Assembly (NCBI GenBank): GCA_001005265.1 | Contig: CP011392.1 | Span: forward strand, 1,111,902 to 1,175,901 | DNA: 64,000 bases | Source: Dehalogenimonas sp. WBC-2 | Lineage (GTDB): Bacteria; Chloroflexota; Dehalococcoidia; Dehalococcoidales; Dehalococcoidaceae | Direction of reading: 5' to 3' | Shown: positions 26,561 through 35,632 of the stretch, piece by piece | How positions within the stretch are numbered: the stretch's first letter is position 1 | How the letters are laid out: each line of letters opens with the position of its first letter | Notes under the pieces: model-generated | Database searches by the model: none | The model's input: the letters and a program-made list of their open reading frames with translations, nothing else | Told to the model about the DNA's origin: nothing | Made by a program: the position numbers and the translations under genes

Positions 26561-27646
26561 TTAACGGTCTTTTTTAAATTGTTTAACCATTTTGGAGAAT
26601 CTCTTGCCGCGCATTTTTTCTTGAAGGCGCGAGTTCTGGTCTTCCTTCGCCGCTAGAAAAAGAAGCTCTTTCTTAATTTTATGATAACTCTCCAAGCGTG
26701 ACGGATGAAGATGCCCATTATTCAAAGCCTCCAAAACAGCACAACCGCTTTCACTTTCATGCCTGCAATTGTTAAAACGGCAATCCAGAGCCATTGCTTC
26801 AATATCGCCGAAAGCACCTTGAAGGTCTTCTTCACTGCCCCAAATCTGTATTTCCCGCATACCGGGCGTATCAATAACGATGCCGCCGTCAGCCAGCAGG
26901 ATGAGTTCTCTCTTTGTGGTGGTATGCCTCCCCTGACGATCATCTCCCCGTACTTCCCCGGTCTGCTGCCGTTCGCTACCCAGTAAGGCATTGACCAGCG
27001 CTGATTTGCCGGCGCCGGAAGAACCAAGGAAAGCCGCGGTGCGGCCTTCGGTCAAATATGACCTCAAAATGTCCAGGCCAAGCCGCTCCTTGGCACTCAC
27101 AGGGTGAATGGCTACCCCCGGCGCAATAGACTGAACGGCACTGATGTAATCATTCACATCGTGACATATATCTATTTTGTTCAACACAATCACCGGCACG
27201 GCGCCGCTATTCCAGGCAAGGACAAGATAGCGTTCAATCCGTCTGAGATTGAAGTTCCGGCCGCCGTCCAGGCCGCTGACAATGAATACGTTATCCACGT
27301 TGGCAGAGACAACCTGTTCTGCGGTCAATTCACCGGCCACTTTGCGTGAAAACTTACTCTTGCGCGGCAACACCACCTGAATTATGCCTTTATCCTCACC
27401 GGGTAATGGTTTAACCGCCACCCAGTCACCGACGGCCGGAAAAACATTGTCCAGGCCGCCGTGCCGCCGTAATTTTCCGGCTATCACACCCGTCAACTCT
27501 CCGTCCGCAGTGATTAATTGACAGGAGCCTTTTGACTCAGAAATCACCCGTGCCGGAACCGTACCAGGTTCATTCAGCACATCAAATTTCTCCTGAAAAA
27601 AAGTCCCCCAACCCAGACGGGCCAACGGTTTATTTGTATCATCCAT
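26561..27646 (-). CDS. rsgA: Ribosome small-subunit-dependent GTPase A
   Basis: Circularly permuted GTPase: NKID (G4) precedes GSSGAGKSALVNALLG (G1) and DTPG (G3). C-terminal zinc motif CRFNNCRHESESGCAV. Confidence 0.93.
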   Translation of the reverse strand: MDDTNKPLARLGWGTFFQEKFDVLNEPGTVPARVISESKGSCQLITADGELTGVIAGKLRRHGGLDNVFPAVGDWVAVKPLPGEDKGIIQVVLPRKSKFSRKVAGELTAEQVVSANVDNVFIVSGLDGGRNFNLRRIERYLVLAWNSGAVPVIVLNKIDICHDVNDYISAVQSIAPGVAIHPVSAKERLGLDILRSYLTEGRTAAFLGSSGAGKSALVNALLGSERQQTGEVRGDDRQGRHTTTKRELILLADGGIVIDTPGMREIQIWGSEEDLQGAFGDIEAMALDCRFNNCRHESESGCAVLEALNNGHLHPSRLESYHKIKKELLFLAAKEDQNSRLQEKMRGKRFSKMVKQFKKDR

Positions 27647-27733
27647 AGTGGATCATTATATCGCACACGTTAACTAACTGACATACGCATTTGTAACATC
27701 CAGCGTTACTGTCCCAGGATCACTCCAGTGCTT

Positions 27734-27928
27734 TCACTCTTTGTTATTGATTAGGGGAATCATGAAAATGATACAGGCGATGAAAAAGATTATTCCGCCT
27801 GTCAGACTGAAACCATCGCCATTTTTAGCCGCCGATGCGATAAAAAAACCGGCGCAAAACAGAAAAAGGATCCAGCCTGCCAGATGATATTTACGTTCAG
27901 AATTAATATCAGCCTCCTCTATAACCAT
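27734..27928 (-). CDS. Small membrane protein (2 TM)
   Basis: 64 aa with two hydrophobic helices, directly upstream of rsgA on the same strand. Confidence 0.4.
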   Translation of the reverse strand: MVIEEADINSERKYHLAGWILFLFCAGFFIASAAKNGDGFSLTGGIIFFIACIIFMIPLINNKE

Positions 27929-28112
27929 CGGTTTCCAAAATAAATTAAGCGCCTGTCAACACCGTCTCTGGATATGATAAAAGCACGCTCCTTCAAGCAA
28001 TGTCCCCCATAATAATCCGCCGGTAATGATGGTTGCAACAACCATGTTAATAGTATTGACCATAACCGTAATATGGTATATTGTTAACGCATAATTATAT
28101 TGGAGGTGAGTC

Positions 28113-28448
28113 ATGGATGACAGCTCTACCGGGTTAAAACCAAATGTCGTCGGCCTGTTGTGTTATCTTTTTGCCTGGGTCAGCGGCTTGGTATTGTATC
28201 TGGTTGAAACCAAGAGTCAATTCGTGCGTTTTCACGCTGCCCAATCAATCATCGTGTTTGGCTCTATCAGTATTGCCACCATTGTTCTCACAGTGATTCC
28301 TTTTATCGGATGGGCAATCAACGCCCTATTGGGTTTGTTGTTCGTCGTATTGTGGATAATTTTAATGATAAAAGCCTATCAGGGCGAAAAATATAAATTA
28401 CCTATCGCCGGAGATTTGGCTGAACAATGGGCGGCTAAAAAAATCTAA
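28113..28448 (+). CDS. DUF4870-like membrane protein
   Basis: 111 aa, 3 TM. The LLCYLF...FVRFHAAQS motif is typical of this family as recalled. Confidence 0.65.
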   Translation: MDDSSTGLKPNVVGLLCYLFAWVSGLVLYLVETKSQFVRFHAAQSIIVFGSISIATIVLTVIPFIGWAINALLGLLFVVLWIILMIKAYQGEKYKLPIAGDLAEQWAAKKI

Positions 28449-28475
28449 CAACGTAATTGAAGCTTTATATCCGTA

Positions 28476-28506
28476 GAGGACAGGTTTTTTACCTGTCCTC
28501 TTTTTT
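28476..28506 (+). terminator. Rho-independent terminator
   Basis: GAGGACAGGT-ttttt-ACCTGTCCTC followed by TTTTTT. Confidence 0.85.
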
Positions 28507-28629
28507 CATGATTATTGTCAGCTGGTTTAGCGTCGGTCCGGCAATATGTTTTAGTAACCCCTATCTCTCACCCCTTTTTACCGTTATATTTTGTGGAACC
28601 CAAATCAAATAAAAAAGGAGAAACAGACA

Positions 28630-29370
28630 ATGAAAAATGGCATCAAGATTCTGGTCTCAGCGATACTGGTAGTAGCGCTGGGGATCGGCGCCATCGGATG
28701 GGCAACTGCTCAAGCCGGTGAGGTTATCAATACTACCCAGCAGGTCGGCATCTGGGTCAACGGTAGCGGTAAAGTTGTCGCCACTCCGGACGTGGCCATT
28801 ATCTCTATTGGCGTGCAGGTTGAAGCTGTCACCATAAATGAAGCCAACCAGGAAGCCGCCGCCGCTATGGCCGCTCTGATAAATACCCTCAAGACCCAAG
28901 GCGTTGCTGATAAAGACATCAAGACCCAAAACTACAATATCTATCCCGTTTATGACTATGACAAAGACACGGGCAAAAGCTCAATCAGGGGCTATCAGGT
29001 TTCCAATACAGTTGAAGCTAAAATCCGTGTTATCGCCAACGCCGGTCAGATCGTCGATGCTGCCGTCGCTGTAGCCGGTGACGCCATCCGCGTCAACAGT
29101 ATCTACTTCACCCTCGACGACCCCACTGCGTTGGAAGCTCAGGCCCGGGAACTCGCCCTCCTGGACGCTAAAGCCAAAGCTGAACAGATCGCCAGCGTAA
29201 CCGGAGTCAGCCTGGGTAAAGTCAGCTATGTCAGCGAGACCACCAGCGGTACTTCCCGCATTGATGCCCCTGCTTATGACAAAGCCGGTATGGAAAGCTC
29301 AGTCACTCCAGTTCTGCCCGGTGAGACCAATGTGGTCGTCATAGTACAGGTGATTTTCAATATAGACTAA
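28630..29370 (+). CDS. SIMPL/DUF541-domain secreted protein
   Basis: Start at MKNGIKILVSAIL (AAGGAG ribosome-binding site). Signal peptide. ...GYQVSNTVEAKIR...PGETNVVVIVQVIF resembles the SIMPL family. Confidence 0.75.
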   Translation: MKNGIKILVSAILVVALGIGAIGWATAQAGEVINTTQQVGIWVNGSGKVVATPDVAIISIGVQVEAVTINEANQEAAAAMAALINTLKTQGVADKDIKTQNYNIYPVYDYDKDTGKSSIRGYQVSNTVEAKIRVIANAGQIVDAAVAVAGDAIRVNSIYFTLDDPTALEAQARELALLDAKAKAEQIASVTGVSLGKVSYVSETTSGTSRIDAPAYDKAGMESSVTPVLPGETNVVVIVQVIFNID

Positions 29371-29394
29371 AAGCCATTCCCCGCCTGAAATATA

Positions 29395-29436
29395 CGGCAG
29401 CGTTCCGCTCATCCCGGAACGCTGCCGCTGTTTTTT
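29395..29436 (+). terminator. Rho-independent terminator
   Basis: 13-bp stem CGGCAGCGTTCCG / CGGAACGCTGCCG, then ctgTTTTTT. Confidence 0.8.
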
Positions 29437-29464
29437 GCCTTGCTTGAGTGTAATCGAATGATCC

Positions 29465-29607
29465 TCTGTTTATCCCGCCTGTCCCGACTAGTCAGGGAGT
29501 TAGCACTCGTGGAGCCTGCCCAATGATCATCATCTCTAAACCGTCATTGCGAAGTTTCGCCGAAGCAATCTCGGTTCCCAATGTAGGGACACGGCATGTC
29601 GTGTCCT
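29465..29607. repeat. REP-like repeat units (same families as 3263-3550 and 12994-13013)
   Basis: Contains gagttagcactcgtggagcctgcc, ccgtcattgcgaagtttcgccgaagcaatctcggt, and the hairpin GGACACG-gcatgt-CGTGTCC. Confidence 0.8.
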
Positions 29608-29688
29608 CTCTATCCGGAAAGCTTAAAAAGTATTTATTCCACGCTCATTCTCTGCATAAAATAAACCTTAAATAGTTCCAAAACCCCA

Positions 29689-29717
29689 TTGACAATCACC
29701 TGGGGCTGAGGTATCAT
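29689..29717 (+). promoter_or_regulatory. Promoter module copy B (TTGACA-17 nt-TATCAT) with no ORF behind it
   Basis: gttccaaaaccccattgacaatcac is identical to copy A. The downstream gtatttgtattatttg is shared with copy C. Confidence 0.55.
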
Positions 29718-29997
29718 CCGTTCTGTATTTAGTAATTATTATAGAGAGTATTTGTATTATTTGGTTCCCACACAACCCTTACTGTCATTGCCAGGAGCTA
29801 AGCGACGTGATTTATGCCCGAGTGTTAGGCGAGGGTGCAATCTCACTTAAACTGCCAACCGAAACTGTGCCTGGAACTTCAACTACCAACTGAATTGTTG
29901 CTTTGAATCAAAACTCCAGATCAAAAAATGGGTGTATTTGTGTCAAAACAATTCACCCATTACATCCTGTGGAATTTGAGATTTGAAATTTTTTTAC

Positions 29998-31473
29998 TTA
30001 TTTTACCAGTGCACTTAGTCGCTCAACGATACGCACCATGCCCAGCGTATCCTGGCCGCAATATACAAGAAGATCATTAAAAATTTGCATTTTTTCCGCC
30101 TCCGCCATCCCGCCGAAGGCCGCGGCCACAAAACGCAGGCTGGCTACTTGTCCGTTGCTGATGTTCAGGTCTTTATAGCTTATGCCAGTCAAAGCCGGCA
30201 ATACATATTTCAACGAAGCGCTACCGCGCTGCACCGGGTGATAATAGTGAAAGGCACGGAAAGGCACGATGAGATCAACCATACGGGTTACAACATCATT
30301 CACCCAGTCAATGTATTCCGGGAAGGCTTCTCCCAGTTTCCTGAGTACGCCTTCCTCAAAGCTCTGGTTGTAAACAATGACGCAGCCGCCCTCCCCGAGC
30401 ATCGTTCTCAGGGCTGCCAGAAATGCCGGACGGGGATCATCTCCGCCTTGTGCCAGGAAATGATGATGCAGCGGTTCAATACCCGGTCCGTTAACGCTGT
30501 GGAGAGAAAATTGAAAGGGGATATTCTGGTACGGCCGGGTACCGTCAAACAGCGGTATCGCCATGGCGAAAGTCTCAAAATCCAGATAATAATGCGGGTA
30601 TTTTAGAGTTTCTAGAAATGATGTTACTCCGTCAAAATCAACGTGGGGCTGACCACACTCGACACAACCCCGCTGGATAAGCTGCTTTTCATTCAGCTTG
30701 AAATCCGCCGGAATATCAATAATGGCACACACGCCGCTGTGAAGGAGGTCATCCATCTTTGCGCCGATACGGTACAGGTCGGTTACCGGATGTTCCGGCA
30801 ACACTGCCCAGCACTCGTCTTTTAACGGACAATCGTAAGGGGCACCGCATGCTCGGCCGATACTTGGGGCAGGACATGGCCCGGCCATAGTCTCCAGCAT
30901 GCCTTCCACCATATCGGACATACCTCCGGCCAGTTCAAGAACGTCCTCGGTGATGTCCTCCGTAACCAGCAGCGCCGCCGGGTCAATGTCACCCTGTTTA
31001 ACAAAGTCACGGTTGATATGCGTTAAGAAGCAGCGGTTAACCTCAATGCCGGATTGGCCGCAAACATAGCGCTGGAAGGCTACATCGGCAATATTTTCAT
31101 CCTTGACCGATGTGCTGCTCTTAACCTCGATGATATCCCAGGCGCCGTTATCCGACGGGTTGAGGATATCGATGCGGGCGTATAGTTGTCCGGACTGAAA
31201 TGCCGCTTCAAAAATAGGCTTGCGATCATCCAGACGCACCTTGGTCTCAGTCAGCATCTCCCGAAAACCGAGACCAGCCATATCAATCCCGCCGGGATAC
31301 AGCCTCTTGGCTATATCTCCGACCTCGTGCCCCTGGTCGAAGGTATGTTGGGTCACCATGTCGGGCTGAGGTATTCGCTGAGGCTCATTAACATACACCC
31401 ATAGATAGCGCGGACATTGCAGCCCGGCCATGAATTTGGATTTGGTCAATAACTTAGCGGAGCGGTTTCTCAT
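29998..31473 (-). CDS. DUF2779-domain protein (predicted PD-(D/E)xK nuclease plus RNase H-like exonuclease fold)
   Basis: 491 aa. N-terminus LTKSKFMAGLQCPRYLWV is characteristic of DUF2779 as recalled. DIIEVKSST fits a D...E-x-K nuclease motif. Confidence 0.7.
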   Translation of the reverse strand: MRNRSAKLLTKSKFMAGLQCPRYLWVYVNEPQRIPQPDMVTQHTFDQGHEVGDIAKRLYPGGIDMAGLGFREMLTETKVRLDDRKPIFEAAFQSGQLYARIDILNPSDNGAWDIIEVKSSTSVKDENIADVAFQRYVCGQSGIEVNRCFLTHINRDFVKQGDIDPAALLVTEDITEDVLELAGGMSDMVEGMLETMAGPCPAPSIGRACGAPYDCPLKDECWAVLPEHPVTDLYRIGAKMDDLLHSGVCAIIDIPADFKLNEKQLIQRGCVECGQPHVDFDGVTSFLETLKYPHYYLDFETFAMAIPLFDGTRPYQNIPFQFSLHSVNGPGIEPLHHHFLAQGGDDPRPAFLAALRTMLGEGGCVIVYNQSFEEGVLRKLGEAFPEYIDWVNDVVTRMVDLIVPFRAFHYYHPVQRGSASLKYVLPALTGISYKDLNISNGQVASLRFVAAAFGGMAEAEKMQIFNDLLVYCGQDTLGMVRIVERLSALVK

Positions 31474-31620
31474 AGATTTAATCTCTCGTTGATCTCACCA
31501 GCATTGAACTTCGACAATAAGGCGATTTTGATTCTCGTGGGAACACGGACACCGCTTAGCCGATTTACACAAGGCCCTATGAGCCATTATAACATGAGCT
31601 CAGCTGCAAAGAGGGCGAGA

Positions 31621-32397
31621 TTATATTTCGGTACGAACGTTGTTGATTGCCTCAGTAACACCGCGGGTAACAGCCCGGGCAATAAGCTCGCCCAGTTTGA
31701 CCTGCCCGGAGACATAGAAACAGCGGTCGCCGGTACCAGGTACAATGCATATCTGGTCAGTGCTGGTGCCTGTCGCCTGCCACTGCGGGTTATAAGAACT
31801 CCTGATATCCAGATCCTGAAGTGCCGCAGTCTTGGCCTCGGTGATGGTAATAAAACTGGAAGCCATGGCCGCCTGCCCCAGGTCAGCGGAGGTAAATACA
31901 ATGATATTGATGGTGCCAAAAGGCTGCCACAACCCCTTACGCTCCATGCCATATGCAGCATCACAACCAACCCGGATAGCATTGGTTTTAACCCCTGCTG
32001 TAACCCAGGCCTGCACCCACAGTTCCTCAAATCTCTCTTCCACCATGACATGCTTATGCATATCAACGCCGGTAAACAGCAAGGCTACTTTTTGACCAGG
32101 AACTATCTGTCGTAGCATTTCACGATGTACATTGCGGGTATAGTCCCAATAAGTTTGCTTCGTATTGTCTACGGCGTGCCATGATTCCTTGGGATGGTAG
32201 CAATTGAGAACGGCGGTTACTTTGCGGTAGCCCTGGTAGGCACACAGGACATGCCGCGGTTGCGGAAGACTAAATATCAGAGTGTTGGCCGGACACTCCC
32301 AAACCTCATGGTTAATAATTTCGGCTTTGACACCATGGAAATCCCCTAGTGATTCACGCGATGTTACCTTGGATATATTTCTCATATCTTTAACCAT
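31621..32397 (-). CDS. cbiZ: Adenosylcobinamide amidohydrolase CbiZ-like
   Basis: GTINIIVFTSADL...AMASSFITITEAKTAALQDLDIRS...ATGTSTDQICIV matches the CbiZ family. ATG at 32397 overlaps the upstream radical SAM stop by 8 nt. Confidence 0.8.
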   Translation of the reverse strand: MVKDMRNISKVTSRESLGDFHGVKAEIINHEVWECPANTLIFSLPQPRHVLCAYQGYRKVTAVLNCYHPKESWHAVDNTKQTYWDYTRNVHREMLRQIVPGQKVALLFTGVDMHKHVMVEERFEELWVQAWVTAGVKTNAIRVGCDAAYGMERKGLWQPFGTINIIVFTSADLGQAAMASSFITITEAKTAALQDLDIRSSYNPQWQATGTSTDQICIVPGTGDRCFYVSGQVKLGELIARAVTRGVTEAINNVRTEI

Positions 32398-33799
32398 GCA
32401 TCGGCCGGGTGACATAGTACCGCCACCAGAACCGGAAAACCCTGAAAAATTCTTTGGGACTCCAGTTGACTGGTATGTAAAAAGCCAACATTCCATGCCG
32501 GACTGCAAAACTCATTCGCCGCCAGAAATAATACTTAACCAGCTTGCGCTTGAACTCGGCAGTCATCTCCTTGGGAACTTCTCCCCACTTTATACCGCAA
32601 TCAGGCTCAGATATGAACGCCGCCCACTCCTCGGTAGACTGGGGAGGTTCCAGGCCGTGCTGAACGCAATAATTATACAGCTCAGTGCCGGGGTAAGGCA
32701 GAAAACTGACGTATTGGTACGGTGGGTTGCCCAACTCTTTAATCAGTTGCTTGGTGTCTTCAAAATCCTCAATGGTTTCAGTAGGCAGTTCAGAGATAAG
32801 GTACAGTTTGGGCAATATCCGATATTTAACCAGTAGTTTGAATGTCTCTTTGATATCTTCCAGCCCGGCAGTCTTACGGATAAATTTAAGCAACCGTGGT
32901 GAGCCGCTCTCTACCCCAAAGCCCACCGAGGCGCAGCCGCTTTTCTTCATCAGACTTACGTCCTCTTCTGTCAGGCCTGCGCGGGCGTCGCAATCCCAGC
33001 GGATCTTCATCTTCTTTTCAATAACCAACTGGCAAAAGCGATGGAGCCGCGGCCGGTTGTGACAAAAATCGTCCTCGAAAAAACGAAAGAGGGTTACGCC
33101 ATAGCGTTTCTTGAGAATCTCCATCTGACCCACTATTCGGTCGGCGGAGAACTCTCCCAGTTGGCCTTTATGGAAAGGTGGATTGTAGCAAAAAATGCAC
33201 TTTGACGGACAACCGCGGGAGGTATTTAATGACTTTTCCCAATAGTCATCCATGGGCACAAGGTGCCAGGCGGGATCAGGCAGTTCATCCAGGTTCTTAA
33301 TGAAAGGACGGTCAGGATTAATGATAACCTGGCCGCTCTTCTTGAATGCCAGTCCCTTGATATCTACCAGGTTTGCCGGTTTGCCTTTATCAAGATGTTC
33401 GGCCAGTTCCAGCAGCGTATACTCACCGGGACCGATTACCACAAAATCAACATATCCCTCACTTAAAGTTTGTTCGGTCAACATACTGGGATGGACGTTA
33501 CCCCAAACAATCTTAATCTCCGGATTGAGACGTTTGAACTCCTGTGATTGCTCGATAGCCTCATAGATAATGCCACCCACCGAAACCGAAAAACCAACTA
33601 TTTGTGGATCAAAGCTACTGTAGTAATCAGCGGCTTTAAGACTATGCACCTGCTGATCCCAGATACGCACTTCGTGTCCTGCCTTCTCCAGTACCGCCCC
33701 GATGTAAAGCAGTGAATTTGGCAGCACCGTCGGCTGTAAAGACCGGGTGCCGAAAAAGCTCTTGAAACGTTTGGCGGGGTTAACCAGCAGGATACGCAT
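32390..33799 (-). CDS. B12-binding-domain radical SAM protein (class B), paralog 2
   Basis: 469 aa. N-terminal Rossmann/B12-type domain (MRILLVNPA...LLYIGAVLEKAGHEVRI). Radical SAM cluster motif RGCPSKCIFC (CX3CX2C). Confidence 0.88.
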   Translation of the reverse strand: MRILLVNPAKRFKSFFGTRSLQPTVLPNSLLYIGAVLEKAGHEVRIWDQQVHSLKAADYYSSFDPQIVGFSVSVGGIIYEAIEQSQEFKRLNPEIKIVWGNVHPSMLTEQTLSEGYVDFVVIGPGEYTLLELAEHLDKGKPANLVDIKGLAFKKSGQVIINPDRPFIKNLDELPDPAWHLVPMDDYWEKSLNTSRGCPSKCIFCYNPPFHKGQLGEFSADRIVGQMEILKKRYGVTLFRFFEDDFCHNRPRLHRFCQLVIEKKMKIRWDCDARAGLTEEDVSLMKKSGCASVGFGVESGSPRLLKFIRKTAGLEDIKETFKLLVKYRILPKLYLISELPTETIEDFEDTKQLIKELGNPPYQYVSFLPYPGTELYNYCVQHGLEPPQSTEEWAAFISEPDCGIKWGEVPKEMTAEFKRKLVKYYFWRRMSFAVRHGMLAFYIPVNWSPKEFFRVFRFWWRYYVTRPMHG

Positions 33800-33976
33800 C
33801 AGCGTTAGACCCTTAACCCAAGACTAAAGTTTTTGACCAATTTCAAATCCTAAATTCCAGCAAATCATTAATATGGGTTAAAAATCATGTGTTTCAACCA
33901 TATAATATCTCTCAGTCTATTCTCTTTATTAGAATAACATCTTGGAGAAGTCTTAAGAAATTATTGCACCAGAACG

Positions 33977-35392
33977 TCACCTGAGTTGTCCTCTTATGCT
34001 GCCTTCGGGCAGCGGGCGGGTATTAAAATAGAGCAAGAAACGTTTCAGTCCTTTGACCAGCGCCACAGGCGTTGGAGTGAGACGGGTAAAATAGAAAGGC
34101 ATGTGTCGTAACGCAAAACGCAACGGACGGAGAAAGTAGAAGTGCCGCAGATCATCCAGTGCTTTATCCAACATCTCCGGTGGCACCTTGAGATATGATG
34201 GGTTAATTGCACGCAGAGTAAGCACACCAGCCCATTCAGCCAGGGTTGCAGGTTCTTTAATCAAGCCTTCATTAACAATGTAGTCATACAGCACCGTACC
34301 TGGGAATGGCATATATGGCATATACTGATAAGGTGGTCGATCCAGCCTTTTTATAAGGTTTTGTGTCTCCTGGAATTCCTCGATTGTTTCTGATGGTAAT
34401 TCAGCTATGAAGTACAGGCGCGGCATGATCTTGTGGCGGGCGAGCCGTGCGATAGTCTCTTCCACAGCTCTAATGGTGATACCCTTTTTGATGAACTTGA
34501 TGATGCGAGGCGAGCCGCTTTCAATACCAAGCCCGACAGATAGACAGCCGGCCTTGGACATCAGTGCAATATCTTCGTCTGACAGGCCGATACGGGAATC
34601 GCAATCCCACTGTACCGGCATCTTACGTTCAATCATCAGCTCGCAAAACTTGCGCAGCCTATCCCTGTTACAGGTAAAAGTGTCCTCAAAGAAACGGATA
34701 AATTTAACACCATACCTGGTATAAAGATGTTCGATTTGGCTAACGATACGTTCGGCGGATAGGTCGCCGGAGTAACCCTTGTAAAACAGCGGTGAATAAC
34801 AAAAAGTGCACTTTGAAGGGCAACCGCGGGAGGTATTTAATGATTTTTCCCAGTAACTAAGTACATCAATCAAATGCCACGCCGGATCGGGTAATTCGTC
34901 CAGGTCTTTAATAAACTCACTTGGCTCATTGATGACCAGTTTGCCGTCATCTTTCCACACCAGGCCTTTGATCTCAGCTATAGACGGCGCGCCGGTTTCG
35001 AGATACTTAGCCAACTCAACCATAAGGTACTCACCCGCACCGACGCACAGGTAGTCAATGTATTCTTCTGCGATAGTCTGCTGCGGCAGAACACTGGGAT
35101 GGACATTGCCCCAGATAGTCTTGACACCGGGCAGCAACACCTTGAATTCCTTGGTCTGCTGAATGGCCTCAACAATGTTAGGGCCGGAAAGCACCGAAAA
35201 ACCTATTAATTGAGGGTTGAAATCTGCAATGTCTTTCGGCTCACGCAAATCCACCTGGTTATCATAAATGCGCACTTCATGCCCGGCTTGCTCCAACACT
35301 GCAGCGATATAAAGCAGGCTGTTGGGAAAAACGCTGTGACGGCCAAAAGCATCGAAGTTTTTACGCGCGGGATTAACCAGCAGAATTTTCAA
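33977..35392 (-). CDS. B12-binding-domain radical SAM protein (class B), paralog 1
   Basis: Start set at TTG 35392 (GGAGA 7 nt upstream), giving MKILLVNPARKNF collinear with paralog 2. RGCPSKCTFC motif. Roughly half the residues are identical to paralog 2 by eye. Confidence 0.85.
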   Translation of the reverse strand: MKILLVNPARKNFDAFGRHSVFPNSLLYIAAVLEQAGHEVRIYDNQVDLREPKDIADFNPQLIGFSVLSGPNIVEAIQQTKEFKVLLPGVKTIWGNVHPSVLPQQTIAEEYIDYLCVGAGEYLMVELAKYLETGAPSIAEIKGLVWKDDGKLVINEPSEFIKDLDELPDPAWHLIDVLSYWEKSLNTSRGCPSKCTFCYSPLFYKGYSGDLSAERIVSQIEHLYTRYGVKFIRFFEDTFTCNRDRLRKFCELMIERKMPVQWDCDSRIGLSDEDIALMSKAGCLSVGLGIESGSPRIIKFIKKGITIRAVEETIARLARHKIMPRLYFIAELPSETIEEFQETQNLIKRLDRPPYQYMPYMPFPGTVLYDYIVNEGLIKEPATLAEWAGVLTLRAINPSYLKVPPEMLDKALDDLRHFYFLRPLRFALRHMPFYFTRLTPTPVALVKGLKRFLLYFNTRPLPEGSIRGQLR

Positions 35393-35632
35393 TATCGGTT
35401 CTCCGAAAGTGTCTAGGGCTGATGACAGCGGACATCGGTCTATTGCAAATGACGATAGACTCCGGCGATGATCCACATTGCCATATAAACGACAATAACA
35501 GCGGCAATTAAGAATTCCATACGTGTGTATTATGGCTTATCCAGCAAGGCGAGGCAAATTACACCACCAACCAAAAGCGAATTCCGGTAACTGACTGACC
35601 CTGAGGCACCGAAAATGCTATAATATACGGCT

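Noticed and set aside
35440-35520. 26-aa hydrophobic minus-strand ORF (MEFLIAAVIVVYMAMWIIAGVYRHLQ) just upstream of the first radical SAM gene. Considered as a RiPP precursor or small membrane protein.
   Set aside because: There is no Shine-Dalgarno sequence. It is a single transmembrane-like helix with no leader/core organisation and no second copy. A chance ORF is equally likely. Worth a glance only if Ribo-seq data exist.
35393-35632. Looked for a cobalamin riboswitch upstream of the B12-radical SAM/CbiZ operon.
   Set aside because: There is a faint resemblance (GGTGCC..AGGG....GGAATTC). However, there is no B12 box (GCCACTG-like core) and no convincing helices. I cannot support a riboswitch call without a covariance-model scan (Rfam RF00174).
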